A stretch of 63,621 nucleotides of DNA, the filler included, from Octopus bimaculoides (lineage: Eukaryota), in assembly GCF_001194135.2 (NCBI RefSeq). It is 6 parts of 6 records of this genome, joined end to end, with 100 filler letters (N's around TTAATTAATTAA, not from the genome) between each part and the next. Parts side by side here need not be neighbours in the genome. Positions count along the whole stretch, not along the records: positions 42,000 to 56,158 come from NC_068985.1; positions 56,259 to 62,304 come from NW_026436657.1; positions 62,405 to 63,621 come from NC_069002.1; 3 more parts are not named here. One strand, given 5' to 3'. Both the position numbers and the translations under genes were made by a program. Of the stretch, positions 51,958 to 63,621 are shown one piece after another (position 1 is the first letter of the stretch; the number at the start of each line of letters is the position of its first letter). Below the pieces are notes generated by a model that had not been told where the DNA came from, searched no databases, and was given only the letters and a program-made list of their open reading frames with translations.

Positions 51958-52112
51958 ATAGGCGCAGGAGAGGCTGTGTGGTAAGTAGCTTGCTTACCAA
52001 ACACATGGTTCCGGGTTCAGACACCTTAGGCAAGTGTCTTCTACTATAGCCTCTGGCCGACCAAAGCCTTGTGAGTGGATATGATAGACAGAAACTGAAT
52101 GAAGCCCGTCGT
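51958..52112 (+). mobile_element. CORE-type SINE head
   Basis: Family match to 69-220. Confidence 0.85.
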
Positions 52113-52129
52113 ATATGCGTATATATATT

Positions 52130-52202
<73 letters not shown>

Positions 52203-52662
52203 NNNNNNNNNNNNNNNNNNNNNNNNNNNNNNNNNNNNNNNNNNNNNNNNNNNNNNNNNNNNNNNNNNNNNNNNNNNNNNNNNNNNNNNNNNNNNNNNNN
52301 NNNNNNNNNNNNNNNNNNNNNNNNNNNNNNNNNNNNNNNNNNNNNNNNNNNNNNNNNNNNNNNNNNNNNNNNNNNNNNNNNNNNNNNNNNNNNNNNNNNN
52401 NNNNNNNNNNNNNNNNNNNNNNNNNNNNNNNNNNNNNNNNNNNNNNNNNNNNNNNNNNNNNNNNNNNNNNNNNNNNNNNNNNNNNNNNNNNNNNNNNNNN
52501 NNNNNNNNNNNNNNNNNNNNNNNNNNNNNNNNNNNNNNNNNNNNAGCTCCGGCATTTGAAAATCCGAGTATTATTATGACAACTTACTGATTGTCCGAAA
52601 CTATATGTATATAAATGATCCTCTATTTACCAAATATCGAGGTCTCATTCTTTTGTTGTCAC

Positions 52663-52718
<56 letters not shown>

Positions 52719-53789
52719 ATACGCGTGTGCGTGTGCGTGTGTGCATGTGTGTGTGTGTGTGTGTGTGTATTGAAATGTACCGCTATTAGTGGGATCAACA
52801 AAAATATACTCCATCGAATGAGAGATAAATATCTTTTATATACATACATGCACTCGTACACACCCAGAAACAAGAGCGCGTGCACATATACACACAGCCT
52901 ACATATAGTTCAAAGGAATTTTATGTATAATCTACATTACATATTTAAAAAAAAAGAAACACTTGAAAATCACTTCTAATAATTCATTTGCCTTTTACAT
53001 AAGTACCAGTAATACAGAAAGGTCAGCGAATACAACAACAATTTTGTAGCACACAAAATTTAGTTGTTTGCCGTATCAATTTACTCAGTATTATACAGAC
53101 AGTTCTAAGATACTCAGAATACTTCGTCCCTTTAATTCCTTATGGAAATTTAATAACAATTAGAAATTCAGACAACGAAAGTAACTTGAAGTTTAAATAA
53201 AGTAATTTAAATGTTAACTGAAATTATAAAGTTTCTTCTACTTACTGTCTGTTAAGACCAATAATCCTATGCATAAAGTAACTTGTATTCCATGGTGGCT
53301 CCCTGGTAAGTTAGCCATGATTGTTATCCTGTTAGAATAGTTTTCACAGCGATGTATGATATGGTTATAATAATGTTTATCACACTAAGTACGTTCCGTG
53401 GTAAATAATTGATCATGCGTATTTCATTTTGTTATTTCCGTCAACTCAATACATGCATAGGAATATAAACACGCTTATTATTATACATATATGTGCATGT
53501 ACATGTATATGTGTGTATGTGTGCGTGTGATATATATATATATATATGTATAGGTATGTATACGTATATGTAAATAGTCTCACGAATTTACATCTTCGTA
53601 TACTGATGCATTATCAAAGATTCACACACAATACACACACACACACACATTTATATCACTGTAAATAAATTGTAGAGACATAAACGTGCAGAGATAAAAA
53701 CAAATAAAAGTCAACCGAAGATTTGTTTTGACTGTCATCGGATCTTTATATTTAACGATGTTGTGGGGTTTATTATAAGAGGGAAGAAA

Positions 53790-53997
53790 TCTAAAGTGGG
53801 AGGAGGAGGAGGAGGAGGAGGAGGGGGGACCAGGAGTAGAAGGAAGAAAGGAGGAAAAGAAGGAGGAGGGGAGGGAAGGAGAAGACGAAAAAGATGAAGG
53901 GGAGAAGACAATGAGATGAAGAAAACAAAAGAGAAGAGGAGGAGGAGGAGAAGGAGGAAGCTGAGGAGGCCGGGAAGAGGGAGGAGGTGGAGAAGAA

Positions 53998-54032
<35 letters not shown>

Positions 54033-54060
54033 AGAAGAAGAAGAAGAAGACGGTGAAAAA
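53790..54060. repeat. Purine-rich (GGA)/(GAA) tract
   Basis: Visible directly. Confidence 0.9.
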
Positions 54061-54345
54061 GAACCAGGCATTAAAAAATACGCTATAGTTCGTAAACTAT
54101 AACATCATCTAAACTCTTTCCACACCCTTGTACCAAAGATTCTCTGATACTAGTTGAACATTTTCACAGAGTGTATATAAATATATTGCGTATCCCATTC
54201 AGGTATTTTATTCCGTTAACAGTGACGATGAGAACTTGTATTCTTCTCCTATGTCTGTGTGAACATTGTTGTTTTTTTTTTTTTATTCCTTTTGAAATTT
54301 CGGCAGCTATAGCTATAGTTGCTTTGTAATGTTTGCACAATAGAT

Positions 54346-54407
<62 letters not shown>

Positions 54408-54534
54408 CGCAATAACACCTTATCACTTACAACGATGTTCTTGTAATAAAAACTATTAGATATTAATGTTCTTGTAGATATGTTTTCTTTATATAAAGCT
54501 TGTTTCTGCTAAGTGAAGTGCAGAATCTGCAAAC

Positions 54535-54603
<69 letters not shown>

Positions 54604-54800
54604 NNNNNNNNNNNNNNNNNNNNNNNNNNNNNNNNNNNNNNNNNNNNNNNNNNNNNNNNNNNNNNNNNNNNNNNNNNNNNNNNNNNNNNNNNNNNNNNNN
54701 NNNNNNNNNNNNNNNNNNNNNNNNNNNNNNNNNNNNNNNNNNNNNNNNNNNNNNNNNNNNNNNNNNNNNNNNNNNNNNNNNNNNNNNNNNNNNNNNNNNN

Positions 54801-55222
54801 CCGAGCAGAATGCTTAGTGGCATTTCGTCCGTCTTTACGTTCTGAGTTCAAATTCCACCGAGATCGACTTTGCCTTTCATCCTTTCGGGGTCGATAAAAT
54901 AAGTACCAGTTGAACACTAGACTAGAGTCGATGTAATCGACTCATCCCCACCTCCCCCAAGTTGCCCCTGTAGCAAAAATTTGAAATAATAATTATTATT
55001 ATTATCGAGGCAGGGAGCTGGCAGAATCGTTAGCACGCTGGGAGATATGCTTAGCGGTATTTCACCCGTAGCTACGTTGTGAGTTCAAATTCCGCCGAGG
55101 TGGACTTTCATCCTTTTGGGGTTGATAAATTAAGTACCATTGAAATACTGGGGTCGATTTGATCGACTTACCCCCTCTCCACAAATTTCAAACCTTGTGC
55201 CTTTAGTAGAAAGGAATATTAT
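54801..55222 (+). mobile_element. Two tandem tRNA-derived SINEs
   Basis: ggcagggagctggcagaatcgttagcacg..gagttcaaattccgccgagg..tttcatcctt..gataaattaagtacc; copies at 54801-54990 and 55008-55222. Confidence 0.85.
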
Positions 55223-55954
55223 TATTGTTATGAGTAATAGTAGTTGTAGTGGCAACAGTAGTAGTGATAGTTGTAGTAGTTGCACTAGTATTACATTAAT
55301 AGTAGAAGTGGTGGCGGTAATTTAAGCAGAAGCAGCAGCAGTGTTAGTTGTAGTAATGTTTTTAACCAAGTAATTCTAGACCCTGTTCTACTGTTTGAAT
55401 TATTATTTAAAGAGAGAGGGAGAGAGAGGGAGAGAGAGAGGGGGGAGAGAGAGAAACTTGTTGCTTGTTGCAGCTGCAATCCGTTTTACCGCACCGTAGT
55501 GTCGAAACTGCAAGCAACGTTACAGCGCTTCTCATCTAACTAAACTGCCAAACAGTATTTCTTCACTGCACAGATGCATTCAGTTCGTTTACTATGTTCT
55601 CACCTACAGACGATTATCCGCTGACACTAGCTGATCAAAACTGAAACGAAGCTAGAATAGAGAAAGAGAGAGGCAGGCATATTGATTCAGCAGGGAAAGA
55701 GGGAGTGGGGATGGGGATGTTAGCAGTGGTTTTGGCGGTAGTGATGTTGTTGTGTTGGTGGTGGCGATGGTGGTGGTGATTGTGTTTAGACGTTTTACGC
55801 ATATGCATGCATAATAGCAACAGCAGAGTCTAATAGCAGCTATAATGACCTAACCACATAAAATCACACACAAATAACGGAGTCGTGTCTTAACTATGTT
55901 TTATGTCGGTAAAGTTGGCATTAAAATCAATGTTAATAAATTTACTGGTTCCCT

Positions 55955-56086
55955 TTTGCAGCCACGTGGTTTCGTGCTAGGTCCCACTGCGCGAGTGAGC
56001 GGGGCGCATATCGTCTACTATAGCCCCGGGCCAACTAATGCCTTGTAACTGCATTCGGTAGATGGAATCTGTGTGGAAGCCAGTCG
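55955..56086 (+). mobile_element. Decayed CORE-type SINE head
   Basis: ccacgtggtt..ggtcccactgcg..tctactatagccccgggcc..ggtagatggaa. Confidence 0.65.
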
Positions 56087-56113
56087 TATATATATATATA
56101 TATATGTATATAT

Positions 56114-56158
<45 letters not shown>

Positions 56159-56319
56159 NNNNNNNNNNNNNNNNNNNNNNNNNNNNNNNNNNNNNNNNNN
56201 NNTTAATTAATTAANNNNNNNNNNNNNNNNNNNNNNNNNNNNNNNNNNNNNNNNNNNNATATAAATAATATATAAATATATGCATATATACATATATGTA
56301 CATACCTAAATACATAAAA

Positions 56320-56580
56320 AAAAACGTGAACAAAATGAGAAACGAGAATATATAAAAAAACGAAAACAGAAAACGGACTTTTTAACGAACAACGAAAGAA
56401 ACAGAAACAAGACTGGCAGCATAAAGAACATTCCCTTCATCAGTTGTCCCCTGTTTTATTTACTCGCGGAGTAGATATTTGTTTCTTTCGTTTTACGTAA
56501 ACAAGATTGTTTTCTATGTTTTTGTTTTTTATATTCTCGTTTCTCATTTTGTCTATATTGTTTTTGATGTCCTGTACCCA
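56320..56580. mobile_element. Short inverted-repeat element (22-bp perfect core); left-arm relative at 29540-29640
   Basis: 56330-56351 is the reverse complement of 56531-56552; there is an internal CTGATGAA on the minus strand. Confidence 0.55.
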
Positions 56581-57029
56581 TATATGCATGTATATATACA
56601 TATATATATATATATATGTAGGCATGCACATATATGTATGTATATATGCATATATTTATATTTTTTAAATAATATTATATGATCGAGCGCCACGCATCCA
56701 TTTCCAAGTAAGTTTTTTAAAGCTATAATTTTGAAGACCAAATTTTTTTCTCCATATGTGATCGTTTGGCAGTTCATGAGGTACCTAGAAGAATGTCTTC
56801 AAAACTTTTACAGCTTATTTTGCGTTTCAAATCCTGTTAATCGTGAAAATAGATTTTTAAAAATACTTTCACTTAAATTAAAGGGGCATCTCATTGAACT
56901 TCTGTATGATTCGTGCCTGTACGGGGCACCCTTCTCCAAAACTGACCATCAAATTTTAAAAGGGGAAGCACCTACTTATTTTAACTGTAGAGTTTGGTTT
57001 AGAAGCGTGTCTCTAATTTGATTGGTCTT

Positions 57030-57400
57030 TCTCTTGCTACAACATGACGTCACCAGTCTTTTCTATTCGTTATTACAACAGGAAATGTTCTGATAAACTT
57101 TCTCTCTTCGTTCCACATCACTTTGTTCTATCTCTCCTGACTCGAAACTCACATCGTCTTCATCCAAATATTGTTGAACTTCCACCAAGAAGGAAATCTT
57201 TCGACCGTGGTAGCCTTTTCCCTCCCACTGTCACTCTTTGCAACTTTCTTCCATCTCGTTGTTTACCGCCTTCTTATCACCTGTACTCTTTCAATACTAA
57301 AGTAATTTAATTCTTTTTACCTTAATTTCTCTTTTCTTTATAACCCCTTACACTAATTGACTCCTCAACTCAATATTCTCTCAGCCTCTTCACGGGAGGT
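57030..57400 (+). mobile_element. CR1/L2-group LINE 3' end
   Basis: RYYNRKCSDKL..HPNIVELP..SLFPPTVTLCNFLPSRCLPPSYHLYSFNTKV, then a short UTR. Confidence 0.7.
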
Positions 57401-58660
57401 TGTGAGTATGAGGATGTCATCTACGTACCTGGTGAAGAAGGCTGAGAGAATATTCACAACGTTCAATAACATGGACATGAACATAAAGTTCACTATAGAA
57501 CATCACTGGATCACTATCATTACTTGATTTCAAACTGAATATAACGGAAGAAGGGGAGATCCACAGCGAGTTCTACAGGAAAGCAGCCAGTAGAGATATG
57601 TTAGTCCAATACAATTCAGCACTTCCATTCGGTGCCAAATAGGATACGCCAGAAATGAACTTGCACGCATCCAAGGCAAGTGCAGCAGAACAGAGGACAA
57701 GGTGACCCACACTACACGCTTCCTAGATATATTGAAAACCAACGGGTACCCTAGATCCATTGTAAATCGGCTTAAGTATCCAAGACGACCAGCATGCCGA
57801 ACACACAGAAAACCCAGCAACACCTGCTTCCTTAAAATACCCCATTTTGGCGAGAGGATAACTACAGCCATCCGAAGAGCCATACGAAGAGAAGGGCTAG
57901 ACATACAACTAGTCCACTCCGGTCTCTCTCTGAGAGGACACCTCGCAAAGAAACGAATAAGGGACAACAATCAATGCACATTAACAAATTGTCCCATCCG
58001 TGACACAGATTTATGCCAACGGGTAAATGTTGTGTATAAAATACAATGTAACAAATGCAACAAGTTCTATGTGGGTAGCACAACAAGACCGTTACACGTC
58101 CGCATCAAAGAACGTCTGAACAAGAGAGCCTCCTCCTTCGGAAAACATCTAGACAGATGTCGGAACACCGACAAAAGCATAACAGTCACGATTGAGGCCA
58201 ATGAAAGAAATTTGGGTAATTTAAGAATCAAGGAAGCTTTACTCATACACAGACTAGGACCCCAAATTAACAACAGGATGGAAGTTGGTAATCAATATAT
58301 CATTTAGCTACATCTGGATGTGTGTAGGTTGATTCTTAATAACCTACTCATATATTATTTACAACAAAAAAAAAAAGAGAAGCTGCACGTATAACACATA
58401 ACTTAGAAACAGCGCTACAAATGTACCAACACACACGAGATTGAAACATAGCAGACCTCCGCACTTCTCATGAGGAATTCCTGAAGAAACTTCGTGAGAC
58501 CACAACTGAGACGCTTCCGAAAAAAAGAAAACCGTTGGAAAACAGTTTATAGCAGAGACTCCAGCTAAGAAGATCTGAAGAAGAAATTGTAATTCCGAAA
58601 TATCATCGGACTATAGATAACCAAATTACAACAGGTGTATAATCCATTTTTTGTTCTATA
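57400..58660 (+). mobile_element. Penelope-like element: RT end, linker, GIY-YIG endonuclease and 3' region with a hammerhead motif (58572-58607)
   Basis: NIKFTIEH, LKTNGYPRSIV, CQRVNVVYKIQCNKCNKFYVGSTTRPLHVRIKE..LRIKEALLIH; 5'-truncated and frameshifted. Confidence 0.92.
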
Positions 58661-58676
58661 GTGCATTGTTATATAC

Positions 58677-58719
<43 letters not shown>

Positions 58720-59097
58720 GGAATGTATGTATTAAGTTAAATGAAGAAAAGGTGAAAAGAAGTGAGAAGACATCGAATGATGACAGAAACGGGTCATTTA
58801 TGAACGCGTAACAAGCAATAATGCTTAAATCGACTTGTGTATGGTGGAGTGCAATGTCTGTGCCAAATATCTATTATTAGAATAATAAAATAAAGACACA
58901 TTTTATATTACAAAGGAGGACTCCAAGTTCAGCTCCTCATTGGAGAGGAATGTGTAGCCATTCGCATTGATCACTCATAAAAGATTACTAGCGTAGATCT
59001 GATCTCCCCGCGCTCTCTCTCACCCTCTCTGCCCTTTCTATCTCTCTCTTCCCCCTCTCTCCCTTTCCCCTTTCTAGCTGTCCACTCCCAGTCTCTT

Positions 59098-59109
<12 letters not shown>

Positions 59110-59130
<21 letters not shown>

Positions 59131-59330
59131 GGGAGAATATACAAATAATAACAACAGACGAGGACAGGTGGTGTAAATAACAAAAGTATATATTAGTATG
59201 ACGCTCGGGAATACGGAAAGTCTTTGACGTTTCGAGCTACGCTCTTCAACAGAAAGAATACGGAGACAAGGAGAAAAACACGGAGAAAAAAAATTGAATA
59301 GTGTTCAGTCAACGGTCAATCATAATAATG
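59110..59330 (-). mobile_element. PLE-type 3' terminal fragment with a hammerhead-like motif (59221-59257)
   Basis: Minus strand reads TCTTT-CTGTTGA-A-GAG-cgtag-CTC-GAAA-C-GTC-AAAGA. Confidence 0.55.
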
Positions 59331-59484
59331 GCCGATCATAACAATGGCTGACCGGAAGTTAGAAATTCTTATTTCAGGAGANNNNNNNNNNTGTGTGTGG
59401 GAGGTAGAATGCTGGTGATCTTGACGTATGTAGTGTGAAAATGGGGAAGGGAGAAAGGGAGAAAGTAGTTGGTCAGTTGTAGTG

Positions 59485-59570
59485 TGTGCGTGGTGTGATG
59501 CGAGGGTATTGGTGTGGTGTGCGTGGTGTGATGCGAGGGTATTGGTGTGGTGTGATGTGAGGGTGTTGGG
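59485..59570. repeat. About 33-bp G/T-rich minisatellite, 2-3 copies
   Basis: Unit ggtgtggtgtgcgtggtgtgatgcgagggtatt. Confidence 0.85.
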
Positions 59571-60479
59571 AGGTGGGGAAGGCATATGTGTGTATGTGTG
59601 TGTGTGAATATATATAATATATATATATGTCTGTTTGTGCTCTAATAACTCGAGTATTGTTCATCCGATCGTGCTGAAATTTTAAACATGGATACATGAG
59701 AGAGCGGGGCGTTCCGTAATCTAAAAAGATTTTCAAGGTGAGAATCGCTGTTTTTATAATCTGTTTGTCCTGTTTTTTTCCGCCATTAAAATCAGCCAGT
59801 TGCTGTGACAGCCGGCACATACCATTTCGCTAGCACCAAGGGGAGTATAGGATGACAGTCAGCCAAAACCGTCGCTATGCTGTCTCTCTTATGATGTGCA
59901 ATTCAACTTGCATATTCAAGTTGTATATACATTGTGTTAAGTTTTTTTTATCAATGAATTATCCTTATTGAGAAGAAACAGTCAAAAGTAACCACCCAAT
60001 CGAATCACCAAACATCTCCACTACTTAACACCGTCCAAGTTAACCGTCTTCACCTTTACAGCTGAAAAAAAGAGAAAAAATTGATTGCTATTAAAACGCG
60101 CAAAATTTTTGGTTAATAATCTTGATCTTTAGTTAGTTTCTCAGTCAAACTACATAATAGGCAGAATTGTCGGATTAAGACAATAGTAGGGTATTTTGAG
60201 GGAGATTTTGCTGCTATTTCTAACAGGTCTAGCTACCATGTAGTGGTCTCCCTCATTGGCTCATACATACATATATATATACATAAAATCGAAATAAAAT
60301 ACAGTCGTCAAATACAAAAGCCAAAGTCCATGCAGTGTCATGGGCCCAAAAAATTCCGACTTCTTGCCTAATGTGAGCCCAGAGCAATCTCTTATATCTT
60401 ACACCATTTCAGTATTATTGTAACGTAAGTCTCTATTGTAATGTGAGATAATACTTTCAGTTTGAAAGAAGTTTGTCAT

Positions 60480-61821
60480 ATATATATATATATTCCTTAT
60501 GCATTCCAAAACCGAGTTACAGATTTTCACACTATGGAGTATCAAAAGATTCAGTACTATTTCGGCTACAAATTAAACTTAATTTCCGTTCACATATTTG
60601 CATTTCAAAAATTTAATATAAACTTTTCCATAAACCAACTATCGTAAACGTTATACGATGACGTCACATTTTCTATGTGTGTGTGTACCTTAAAAGACGT
60701 GAATCACCACGACACACACCTTCACTTACTCACTCTGTCCCTCTTTTTTACTCTTTCTCTCACACACACATACGCGTACGCACGCACGCGCGCCCACACA
60801 CATACGTCCATTTCATATAGACGTACATACATCTTTCACTTTCTTTCTCTGTTCTTTTCGTTTTTTTCTTCTTTCAATTTCTGCTCTCTTGAAATAATTT
60901 TTTACGGAATGAGCAGGAGAAACACAGAAAAGACGTAATCTCTCTAGAAACAAGTATAAATCAAGGAGGATTGTAGAAAACCGAAGGCAAGAGTCTGAAG
61001 AGAGATGAGATTTTCTCAAGATCAGCTAATTCATGTTGCAACATTTAATGTTGGATCATTAAATCAATGTTTTAATGATTAGACAGAGGTCCAATAGAAC
61101 AGCTCTCAGAAACAGACTACGTACAAATTCGTTCTTCACAACTCCTGAAGCTCTTTTCAGATGTGATCCATCCCATTCTTATTAAAATGATAACTCTGTC
61201 CAAATTGGTGTACTAAACACAAATTGTCGTTTCTGTAGAGCTTTAAAATTTTCAAATGAAACAAATGGTATGTGCTGCTCAAGCCGTCAGGTAACATTGC
61301 CGGCACTACCAACTCCTTCTCAACCACTTATGAATCTTCTAGAAGGCACTTCCATCCAGTCAAAGGATTTTCTCAACAATATCAGACAACTCTGCATTAC
61401 AAATGATATCGTTTGGTGCATCTAACAAAATAGATAAATAAGAATTTACGCCGATGTCAAAGTTCAAGGGCAAGTGTATCACCTCATCGGTTTCTTGTCA
61501 CCTACAAATGAACGACCACAGTTCCTCCAAATTTACTTTATGAGTGATGTAGGACAACAAACCCGACGGATGTGTCAAAATTTCAGATAATGGGTCGTGT
61601 TAGACACAGCGCAGACTGCTGCAAAGGAGAGTATATCCACTGACAGCTTTTCGGTATGTTTAAAAATCACATAACCCCCACCTCCAATTTTCCATGACAG
61701 ATTAGGGCTTGAAATACTCCAAACGGACGCATAGCATGTTGCTTAATCGATTTAGCCCAGCATTTACTCCACAAATGTTTTGTTGTCAATGCTACACTTT
61801 CCCATATCACTTGTTTCAACA
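60480..61821 (+). mobile_element. Internally deleted Helitron: 5' region, Rep N-terminal remnant (about 60900-61590) and 3' subterminal block
   Basis: CRFCRALKFSNETNGMCCS..LPALPTP..DFLNNIR..ISFGA..KVQGQVYHLIG..PQFLQIYF is a Helitron Rep N-terminal pattern. 61590-61820 matches 23940-24170. A further 5'-like end lies at about 59625-59830. Confidence 0.8.
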
Positions 61822-62116
61822 NNNNNNNNNNCTCCGAGTTTCGGATGCCGGAGTGGGAGCCCACGCCAACATCTCTTCCTATATATATATATATATATAT
61901 AAATAAATTCATAAGAATGGTACAACAAGGTACCGTTATTTGCTGGAGAATAGCAATCGATATAAAAACGACGCTATTGTATAGCTTCACTGCGTATATA
62001 CTGGCAAAAATGCGTGTGTGCAACAAAACATGAAAAACTTGTCTTACCTTAGGAAGAACATCCGAAAATGAACAACCCAGATTAAGGATAATGCAGTACC
62101 TAGGTTTCAGACTTTT

Positions 62117-62160
62117 CAAATACGTTTCACAACGTAAATCTGATCAGTCCTCATCAGCCG
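62117..62160 (-). ncRNA. Degenerate hammerhead-like motif
   Basis: CTGATGA..GAAAC-GTA core intact; stems I and II poorly paired. Confidence 0.3.
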
Positions 62161-62699
62161 CATTCACCTAGACAACATTTCAAATGTTGCCACATCAATG
62201 CCAAGTATACTCGCCTAGTATCGCTGTATCCTAACACTACATCCATGTGGCATAAAACTATTTTTAGTATCAATACTCCTTCCGTTGCTAACAATTATGT
62301 GTGTNNNNNNNNNNNNNNNNNNNNNNNNNNNNNNNNNNNNNNNNNNNNTTAATTAATTAANNNNNNNNNNNNNNNNNNNNNNNNNNNNNNNNNNNNNNNN
62401 NNNNATATATATATAAGCATACACTTTCTGCCAAATAGTAGCAGGGTGAGATCGAACTCGCTTAACTGCATAATCATGTTATCATTTTGTTTTTTTGTTT
62501 TGTTTCTTTGTTGATGTTGTTGTTGTTGTTGTTGTTTTTCTCCATCGAGTCCCAAAATGGTGAAAAGGTAAAGGTCTCCGTTCCTGGAAGGTTTAGAACT
62601 AGGACAACGAGGTGTTGTGGGTAGAGAAGGTGAGTGCTATCTAAATACCACTACAGAACACATCCTGTATCCTGCCATGCGCCAATCATCAAACGAACG

Positions 62700-63320
62700 C
62701 CATCTTTATTAAAGATTTTATTGCTTTGCTTTACCAAATTCTTTCTTTCTTTCCTTCTTTCTGGCTGTCTATCTTTCTCTCTTTCAATCCTTCTATCTTT
62801 CTGTATGCCTATTTTCCTGTCTTTCTTTTTTCTTTCTTTCTTCCTTCTTTTCTTTCAATCATTCTTCACTTGCTCTTGTCTCGTTCTCATTTCTCTTTCT
62901 TTTCCACGTCTTTCATCATTCTCTCTGTCTTTCTTTTCCCTCTTTTATTCTCGCATCCTACTTTCTTTTCCTTTTTCCTCCAAACTTTCGTTCTTACTTC
63001 GTTTATTTCTTTCGCCTTTTTGTTCTTTCGTTTCTTTGTTTCTTCTACCTCTTCTTTCTTTCTTTCTTTCTCTCTCTCTCTCTCTCTCTCTTCCCCTTTC
63101 CCTCTCTCTCTCTCCTTCATTCTTTTTTCTTTTTCTTCAGTTCGTAACGTTCTTTCATTTTACTTTCTTTTCTCTTTCGATCTTCCCTCATTCATTTCTT
63201 TCCTCCACCTCCACCCCCACACCTTCATGTTTCTTCTTCCCATCATCCATTTCTCCTTATTAATAGTATTGTGATGGTGGTGGTAGTACGCTGTAGTGAT
63301 AACAATTTTGTTGACGGAGA

Positions 63321-63358
<38 letters not shown>

Positions 63359-63621
63359 TTGATGTTGCTAGTGGTGGAGGTGGTGGTGTTGTTACTGATG
63401 CCATTATTACTACAGCTGTTACTACTGTCGATGTTGGGGTTGCTGATGATGCAGATGATGATGTTAGTGTTACGGTTGTCACAGATGAGGACGATGATGA
63501 TGGTGATGATGATGACGACGACGATGACGACGATGATGATGATGATGATGACGACGACGACGAGGAGGAGGAGGAGGAGGAGGAGGATGGGGAACGAGAA
63601 GAGGAAGACGAGGAGGAGGAG
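62700..63621. repeat. Pyrimidine-rich tract followed by (TAG)n, (GAT/GAC)n and (GAG)n
   Basis: Visible directly. Confidence 0.9.

Noticed and set aside
53240-53335. Possible small exon (gtaagt donors on both strands near 53245 and 53306)
   Set aside because: Neither reading (ITIMANLPGSHHGIQ.. on minus, TNNPMHKVTCIPWWLP on plus) resembles MAP3K4 or anything I recognise; splice-like words alone are insufficient.

Overview
AT-rich, gap-ridden animal genomic DNA. The repeat families and microsatellite load point to an octopus/coleoid cephalopod draft assembly; this is inferred, not database-confirmed. Most long ORFs in the supplied track are microsatellite or N-gap artefacts. The only clear host-gene sequence is a 177-nt minus-strand exon (38518-38694) encoding the C-terminal end of a MAP3K4/MEKK4-like kinase domain, apparently followed by a GC (not GT) donor. 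The rest is decayed mobile DNA: Tx1/L1-clade, R4/RLE-type, RTE and CR1/L2 LINE fragments, Penelope-like elements (PLEs), tRNA-derived SINEs, Helitrons (one nested in another at an exact A|T site), a mariner fossil and a tRNA-Phe pseudogene. The most notable hand-read signals are: (i) at least eight minimal type I hammerhead-ribozyme-like motifs tied to PLE-derived sequence, including an inverted pair inside the inferred MAP3K4 intron; (ii) several long inverted repeats, one apparently seeded by a short hairpin in a Helitron; (iii) the nested Helitron with an empty-site paralogue in the window. No CRISPR, rRNA or intact transposon ORF is present. I see no convincing wholly new system; the hammerhead/inverted-repeat elements are the best lead. 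All alignments were made by eye, so boundaries of decayed repeats are approximate.
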